Assembly: GCA_050015075.1 (NCBI GenBank)
Contig: JBEKCB010000018.1
Coordinates: 20,461-84,460, forward strand
Direction of reading: 5' to 3'
DNA: 64,000 bases
From: Candidatus Brocadiia bacterium
GTDB lineage: Bacteria > Planctomycetota > Brocadiia > CAIUPP01
Below, one piece after another: positions 58,989-64,000 of the stretch; within the stretch, counting starts at the first letter, position 1; each line of letters opens with the position of its first letter. The position numbers and the translations under genes are program-made. The notes under the pieces were generated by a model. It was not told where the DNA came from. It ran no database searches and was given only the letters and a program-made list of their open reading frames with translations.

Positions 58989-60149
58989 CTACTTCGTGTC
59001 GATGCCGGCGTCGCGGTCGAAAAGGTTCCAGACCCGTTGGCTGGTCGGTGAACTGATCGTCAAATCGTCCACGCCCATAAGGGCGGTTGCGCGGCCGGTA
59101 GTTCCGTTGGGCAAGGTATAAGTGTAGCCGGTATTCCATCCACTGAAGTTGCTGATGCGGTGGTCCGAATCATCATACCACTTGACGTGGTTGTCTCCGT
59201 AGAGAACGTTATAACCGACCTTGTGCGCCGATCTCGCGAGGCCGCCGCCCGATTTGAAGCCGGTTGGCATGGATGTGTTCCAGGCATAATCAAAGGTGTC
59301 GGAGCAGATGGCCCGGTCCTGCAGCGCGCGGCGCGTCTTGAACGCCGGTGTCATGAATTGGGGAAATACCAAAGGGGACACTGATTCCAGCGGCACGACG
59401 CACTGGCCGCTGCCATTGTCCAAGCCCGCCGGATCACTTCCGCCTGCGGGATTCGGGTCATAATAAAATGGGGTATCGCGGTAGGCATAGCTGGAGAGGA
59501 TCGCAACACCTTTATTGCCGTCAGCCAGCGGCGTCTGGAACAGCCACCTGCCGTCGCCGGCTAGAAACATCTGCGTAAGCATCCCGATGCCAGGCGAGCC
59601 GGCGATCTTCTCCCATGCCGCGGGGTCGTAATGGTATTCGAAGTTGTTATAGTACGTGGTGGCGCTGCTTCGCATCTGAGGGCAATCGAGCACCCGCACG
59701 TCAGCCAGATATTGGCTCGCCACTAGGATTCCAAGCCCCACCGGGACGAAATTCGCCTTCACCTGGGAACCGCCGGTCCGTGGCGAGAGGTCCTTGACGT
59801 TCCACGGGGCGCCGGTGGCTGCGTTGTGCTCTAAGCTGCACGCAACAACCATGTGCCGGCTTGGCACCGGAGGAAGCGCGTAGTTCGTGATCGGATTGTG
59901 CAGGTCGCCGTTGGGATTCGGACAGACTGTGGCCGTGGTCGAGCCGTAGCACGCCCAACTCGGCAGATAATCGTCGTTACTGGCGCAATAGATGGCGAGC
60001 GTTGCGCCGATATCGTAGAGGTTACTCGCGCATCTCGGGCGACGATCCGGGCTTGAAGCGGTGAAAACCGGAATCAAGATCAGGCAGAGAAGTGCGACTA
60101 TGAAGAGAACCACGACCACTTCGACGAGTGTAAGCCCCTGATTTTTCAT
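58989..60149 (-). CDS. prepilin-type N-terminal cleavage/methylation domain protein with a DUF1559-like (H-X9-DG) C-terminal domain
   Basis: MKNQGLTLVEVVVVLFIVALLCLILIPVF (class III signal), with a perfect AAGGAGG RBS. A C-terminal ...HKVGYNVLYGDNH motif. This is a PVC-superphylum hallmark family. Confidence 0.65.
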   Translation of the reverse strand: MKNQGLTLVEVVVVLFIVALLCLILIPVFTASSPDRRPRCASNLYDIGATLAIYCASNDDYLPSWACYGSTTATVCPNPNGDLHNPITNYALPPVPSRHMVVACSLEHNAATGAPWNVKDLSPRTGGSQVKANFVPVGLGILVASQYLADVRVLDCPQMRSSATTYYNNFEYHYDPAAWEKIAGSPGIGMLTQMFLAGDGRWLFQTPLADGNKGVAILSSYAYRDTPFYYDPNPAGGSDPAGLDNGSGQCVVPLESVSPLVFPQFMTPAFKTRRALQDRAICSDTFDYAWNTSMPTGFKSGGGLARSAHKVGYNVLYGDNHVKWYDDSDHRISNFSGWNTGYTYTLPNGTTGRATALMGVDDLTISSPTSQRVWNLFDRDAGIDTK

Positions 60150-60160
60150 CGCGCCTCCTT

Positions 60161-61630
60161 TCAGCCGAGTGCGCGATCCCCGGTCGAGCGGTCGCCCTTC
60201 CACTTGCGCCAGATGAGCAGCCCGAGCAGGAAAACCGCCGTCGCGGCGGAGACGAGGAGCGAGAGCTTCAAGACCGTTTCGTACGCCGTCGCGGGCGCGG
60301 CGACGATGCGGACGTCCACCGGATACGGGTAGAGAACTTCCGTCCGCTCGAACAGCACGACGGACCAGCGGACGGAATGGTTGATGATCTCGAACGCGCT
60401 GATGAGGAACGCCGGCACGAGGAGCCACTTCAAGTTTCCCCTCGCGATCAGGCGGTCGAGCGCCTCCTGCATGCGCGCGCAGGAGATCACCACCAGCAGC
60501 AGGACGGGGATGATCAGGAAGCGCGACGAGGCGCGCTCGGAGTTGACCAGCGGCAGCGGCAGCAGGGCGATGAACGCCCAGAAGTAGCCCATCGAGAGCA
60601 GCGCCATCAGCCCGAGCGGCCAGTCGAGCGCCTTGTATTCCCCCCCGCGCAGGTCCCAGTCCTTGCGCCAGCGGACGGCGATCCCCAGGACAATCAGCAT
60701 GGCGAGCCCGAGGACCCCGACGTAGTAATCGTATTCCCACCATCCCTGCCGCCCGAAGATGCCGCCGATGCTGAACTCCGAGCGCTCCTTGATGGCGACG
60801 AAGCTTTGGAAGAGGTCGTACAGCGAGCGGTGGCCGCTGATGAAGCGATAGGCGCTCATGTTCCGGTACTCAAGCGCCGAGGGTAGGAACCGGAACGCGC
60901 CGAGGAGCGCGGTGAAGAGGATCGTCCACGCGACCGTCGCGCGGCTCGGCCGGTGGGCGATCGCCAGCAGCGCCAGGAACATGCAGCACCAGATCACGAT
61001 GTGGAACGACCCTTGCAGAAGCATCGCGAGGAGGACGAACGCCATGGCGGCGGCGGCGCCCGGGCCGGTTTTTCCCTCGGCCAGGTTCAGCGTGATCAGG
61101 CAGAAGAACGGCAGGAAGAAGTAGCCGAGAGACCACGCATGCCCGACGCCGACGTGGCTGGTGACGAAGCCGTTGAAGTTGAAAAGCAGGAACAGCACGG
61201 CGGTGGCGAAGGCCGAGAGCCGGTACTTCCGCCGGATCAGCAGGCACCCGATGAACCCGGCCGTGTAGAGCAGCAAAATGTTGCAGAGCGCGTACTGCCC
61301 GACCGGCAGCCAGGCGAGCGCGAGCACCTGCGGCGAGAGCGTCGTCTCCGGGATCGCCAGGAAGTGCGTGGTGTTGAGCACCTGCCGCGAGATGTGCCAC
61401 GGCATCGCATGCTGCGTGACGGCCTGCTTGAGGACGTTGCCGTACATGAGCTGCAGCGGCCAGTCCTCGACAGTCATCCGCATCTCGCCCAGGTCGAGGA
61501 AGGCGGCCCAGTGCAGCGCGCCGAGGACGAAGAGGACGGCCAGGAAGGCGGCCTGACAGGCCCGCGCGCCGCGGCTATCGTGCGGCGCGCAGAAGAGGAA
61601 CTTGCTGATCCGACTCAGCAGCCGCTGCAT
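60161..61630 (-). CDS. polytopic integral membrane protein, hypothetical (possibly glycosyltransferase-like)
   Basis: 489 aa with more than 10 TM helices; no confident family assignment. Confidence 0.45.
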   Translation of the reverse strand: MQRLLSRISKFLFCAPHDSRGARACQAAFLAVLFVLGALHWAAFLDLGEMRMTVEDWPLQLMYGNVLKQAVTQHAMPWHISRQVLNTTHFLAIPETTLSPQVLALAWLPVGQYALCNILLLYTAGFIGCLLIRRKYRLSAFATAVLFLLFNFNGFVTSHVGVGHAWSLGYFFLPFFCLITLNLAEGKTGPGAAAAMAFVLLAMLLQGSFHIVIWCCMFLALLAIAHRPSRATVAWTILFTALLGAFRFLPSALEYRNMSAYRFISGHRSLYDLFQSFVAIKERSEFSIGGIFGRQGWWEYDYYVGVLGLAMLIVLGIAVRWRKDWDLRGGEYKALDWPLGLMALLSMGYFWAFIALLPLPLVNSERASSRFLIIPVLLLVVISCARMQEALDRLIARGNLKWLLVPAFLISAFEIINHSVRWSVVLFERTEVLYPYPVDVRIVAAPATAYETVLKLSLLVSAATAVFLLGLLIWRKWKGDRSTGDRALG

Positions 61631-61698
61631 CGTGACTCCTGAGACTTGCCGCGCGCCGTGAAAACTTCCCGGTCCGGCCGCCAGCGAGGGCGGAGCGC

Positions 61699-64000
61699 TC
61701 AGCGAGCCGCGCCGGGGTTGAGCTGCAGCGCTTTCTCGGCCTGGCGCTTCATCTCCCTGGCGCGCTCGACCAGCGTCGGACTGGGATTATCCTTGATGAT
61801 GCCGTCACAAGTCTCTATCACTTCGTTCGTCCTGACGCCGTTCTTCAAGGCGTTTTCGGCGCTGATCATGGGGACGTCGTACCGGCAGAGCTTGTTCTTG
61901 ACCGGATTGAGCAGTTCCCACTCCTGCTCCTCGTACGCATTGCGCGCCTGATGAGAGAGGGCCTCGTACCGGGCTCGTATTTCCTTCGAGACGTCCACGT
62001 CGTCGAGCGTCATCAGCGTCTCGATCGCGCAATACCGCGTGGCCGGACCCGGACTCTGGATAAGCCCCACGAGCACCTTGCCCGCCTCGAACCTGTCGAA
62101 CCGCGCGAGGCCGGCGCACACCAGCGCGGCCACCGTCCGCGAGTACCGCTGCTCCGCGGGCGGCCGTGCGCCCGCTTCCGCAAGAGCCGCCGGCGGCGGA
62201 AAGCGGTCGCCCGCGTCGGACTGCATGAGCAGGCGCGCCACGGACGACAGGATCTCGAAGGCCAGCGGCGATTGCTCTTTTTCGATCCCTTTGCACAGGC
62301 TGTAGAGCGTTTCCGGGTCGGGTCCGAGAGACTGGCCGACGAATGCCCGAACATCGTCCTGCAGTTCCTTGAGGTTTCCCTCGGTGACCACCGTCACCGC
62401 CGCGTCGACCCGCTGGCCGGGCGTACCGCTGCGGATCAGCCACTCGAGCACCGTCTGCGCCGTCTGCGGCGGAAACATCAGGCTGGCGCGGGGCTGGCGC
62501 ACCTCGGAGAACGCTTTCACCGCATGCTTGTCAATCAGGGCATTCACTTCCGGCCCGGGCCGGCCCAGGTCAATCAGCGCGCAAGTGGCCGCCTGGACGG
62601 ACTCCGGCGAATGGTCGGCCGGCGTCGCGACCCACTGGAGGAAATCCTTCTGGTTCTCCTCCTTCGCCTGGCGCGCCAGGCAGACCATTGCCGCGTCGCC
62701 GAAGGGGCCGCGCAGGGCGAGGAACGGGCCCGCCCATTCCGGGCTGCTGCGTTCTTCCTTGAGGACCGCGACCAGCGCGTCCGCCGAGGGATGCGGCAGC
62801 CGGTCCGGCGTTGCCGTCACGACCCCGGCGATGGCCGGGCCGCCGCCGAGTCGCAGGATATTCCGGCAAGCGGCGGCGGTCGCCCCCTTGTCGGCCTTTC
62901 CGTCCCAGAGCGTTTGCCAGTCCGCCTCGGGCGCGGCCAGGAGCCCGGCCGCCAGTTTGCCCGCCTCCGCTGCATCGGCGTGCAGGTCCAGGTCATCATA
63001 TTGGCAGAAGCCGGAGAGAAGGCAGGCTCGGTCCGGGCCCATCTGGCCGGTGAGATGGATTTCGCGGAGCTGCTTCGGACGGTGGAACGGCGGCGCCGCG
63101 CCGGTTTCGGCGCCCTTGTCGGAGAGCGCCGCGTCCGCCTCGACGGGCCCGCCGATCATCTCGTGCGTCTGGCCGCCGACTTCCCAGACGACCCGCACGA
63201 TCGAGATGCGCAGCCCGCAGGGCAAGGGGTCCGCCTGGGCATCGTCGCTGGGGACCGCGTACCAAATCTCCGCGGCGCCGGGGATGAATTGCGCGTTTAT
63301 CGTCAGGCCGCCGCTCACCAGTTTCTCCCAGAGTCTCACCGGCGACGGCGGCGCCATCGCCGGCCCGCGGCCCGCCGCGCGCGGGCCACGGCGTGAGAAA
63401 TTCGGCCCCGGTTGGCCTCGCCCCGGCCGGCCCGGCCGAGACGGCATCAGCACCGGCGGAGTCCCGCCCTCGCTGAAATTGAACCTGGCCCACGCCGGCG
63501 CGGTGCTGAAGAAAACCTTGAGGCGGCTGCGCAGCTCTCCGGGATTCGCGGCGCCGGTGGACTGCCCCGCCTCGGCCGGCGCCAGGCCCTTCTCGCGAAG
63601 TATGGCGGCCACGCCCTCATAGACCGTCGCCCGGCTCGCCGAGCGCATCTCTTGAATGCCGGCGTCGGCGTCGTCCTTGTCACGGATGTGCAGGTTCGCT
63701 GCCTCCAGCATCAGGTCGCCGGTCGGGGTGAGGACCGGCATCGGCGGCGCGGCGGCCCCCGCCGAAGCTTCGACCACTTCCACCTCGACGGGCGCCTTGG
63801 CGGCCAGGGCCTGGGCGGCTTCCTTCAGCGCCGCCGGGAACTCAGGCGCCGCCTCCGGCTGCGGCGCAGGCTGGGTCACGAGAATCGGCTGCGCTCTTAC
63901 GCGCGGCTTCCTGCTGCTGAAGCCGATGCTGAGCGCGACGATGACGACGATGAGCAGCAGCAGGCCGCCCGCTACGCCGACCAGAGTCCGCAGCGGCTGC
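61699..64000 (-). CDS. large hypothetical protein, 5' end beyond the window (N-terminal TM anchor just upstream of the annotated Met)
   Basis: A 726-aa ORF. The reading frame stays open upstream to the window edge and encodes a hydrophobic segment (..VGVAGGLLLLIVVIVALSIGFSS..). Confidence 0.45.
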   Translation of the reverse strand, partial: QPLRTLVGVAGGLLLLIVVIVALSIGFSSRKPRVRAQPILVTQPAPQPEAAPEFPAALKEAAQALAAKAPVEVEVVEASAGAAAPPMPVLTPTGDLMLEAANLHIRDKDDADAGIQEMRSASRATVYEGVAAILREKGLAPAEAGQSTGAANPGELRSRLKVFFSTAPAWARFNFSEGGTPPVLMPSRPGRPGRGQPGPNFSRRGPRAAGRGPAMAPPSPVRLWEKLVSGGLTINAQFIPGAAEIWYAVPSDDAQADPLPCGLRISIVRVVWEVGGQTHEMIGGPVEADAALSDKGAETGAAPPFHRPKQLREIHLTGQMGPDRACLLSGFCQYDDLDLHADAAEAGKLAAGLLAAPEADWQTLWDGKADKGATAAACRNILRLGGGPAIAGVVTATPDRLPHPSADALVAVLKEERSSPEWAGPFLALRGPFGDAAMVCLARQAKEENQKDFLQWVATPADHSPESVQAATCALIDLGRPGPEVNALIDKHAVKAFSEVRQPRASLMFPPQTAQTVLEWLIRSGTPGQRVDAAVTVVTEGNLKELQDDVRAFVGQSLGPDPETLYSLCKGIEKEQSPLAFEILSSVARLLMQSDAGDRFPPPAALAEAGARPPAEQRYSRTVAALVCAGLARFDRFEAGKVLVGLIQSPGPATRYCAIETLMTLDDVDVSKEIRARYEALSHQARNAYEEQEWELLNPVKNKLCRYDVPMISAENALKNGVRTNEVIETCDGIIKDNPSPTLVERAREMKRQAEKALQLNPGAAR

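Overview
This is a high-GC (roughly 65-70%) bacterial chromosomal window. The gene content points to the PVC superphylum (Verrucomicrobiota / Planctomycetota-like): a DUF1559-type prepilin protein, an FG-GAP repeat protein, Gfo/Idh/MocA and xylose-isomerase-like TIM-barrel paralogs, YfhO, and a sigma-54 regulator. Most of the window is housekeeping: araBD, a class II aldolase, murJ, lpxD, tag, the def-fmt-rsmB-miaB run, hisD-hisC-hisB followed by alr, and ugd. There is a complete arsenic-resistance locus (arsR, a tandem-fused arsC, acr3, a thioredoxin-like lipoprotein, a C_GCAxxG_C_C protein, arsM). An MttB-family plus URO-D-family methyltransferase pair sits next to an elongator-type tRNA-Met(CAT). 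Three things stand out. First, a 2.7-kb low-GC island (about 20171-22890) carries a four-gene translationally coupled operon: a HicB-like gene, a HicA-like gene, a P-loop NTPase with a NACHT-like Walker B motif, and a 270-aa protein with a predicted winged-HTH. I read this as a candidate uncharacterised defence / abortive-infection module fused to a HicBA toxin-antitoxin pair. Second, three tandem, diverged paralogous genes (45009-51227) encode about 680-aa proteins with an N-terminal bPH-like domain, a multi-TM core and a large C-terminal domain; they sit downstream of a hydrolase + GH3 pair. Third, there is an unusual modular family of nested palindromic repeats. Their arms are 2-4 tandem copies of 6-9-bp units (CACCAAGG, CACAGATG, CCACGGAA, TTGGGAGA, TGCGGATT, CGTAAT, CGTCCT). 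They occur at gene ends and between genes, and include a roughly 175-bp near-perfect palindrome and a promoter-hairpin cassette duplicated around a low-GC inserted gene. Many long ORFs in the six-frame track are overlapping-frame artefacts of high GC and are not called.
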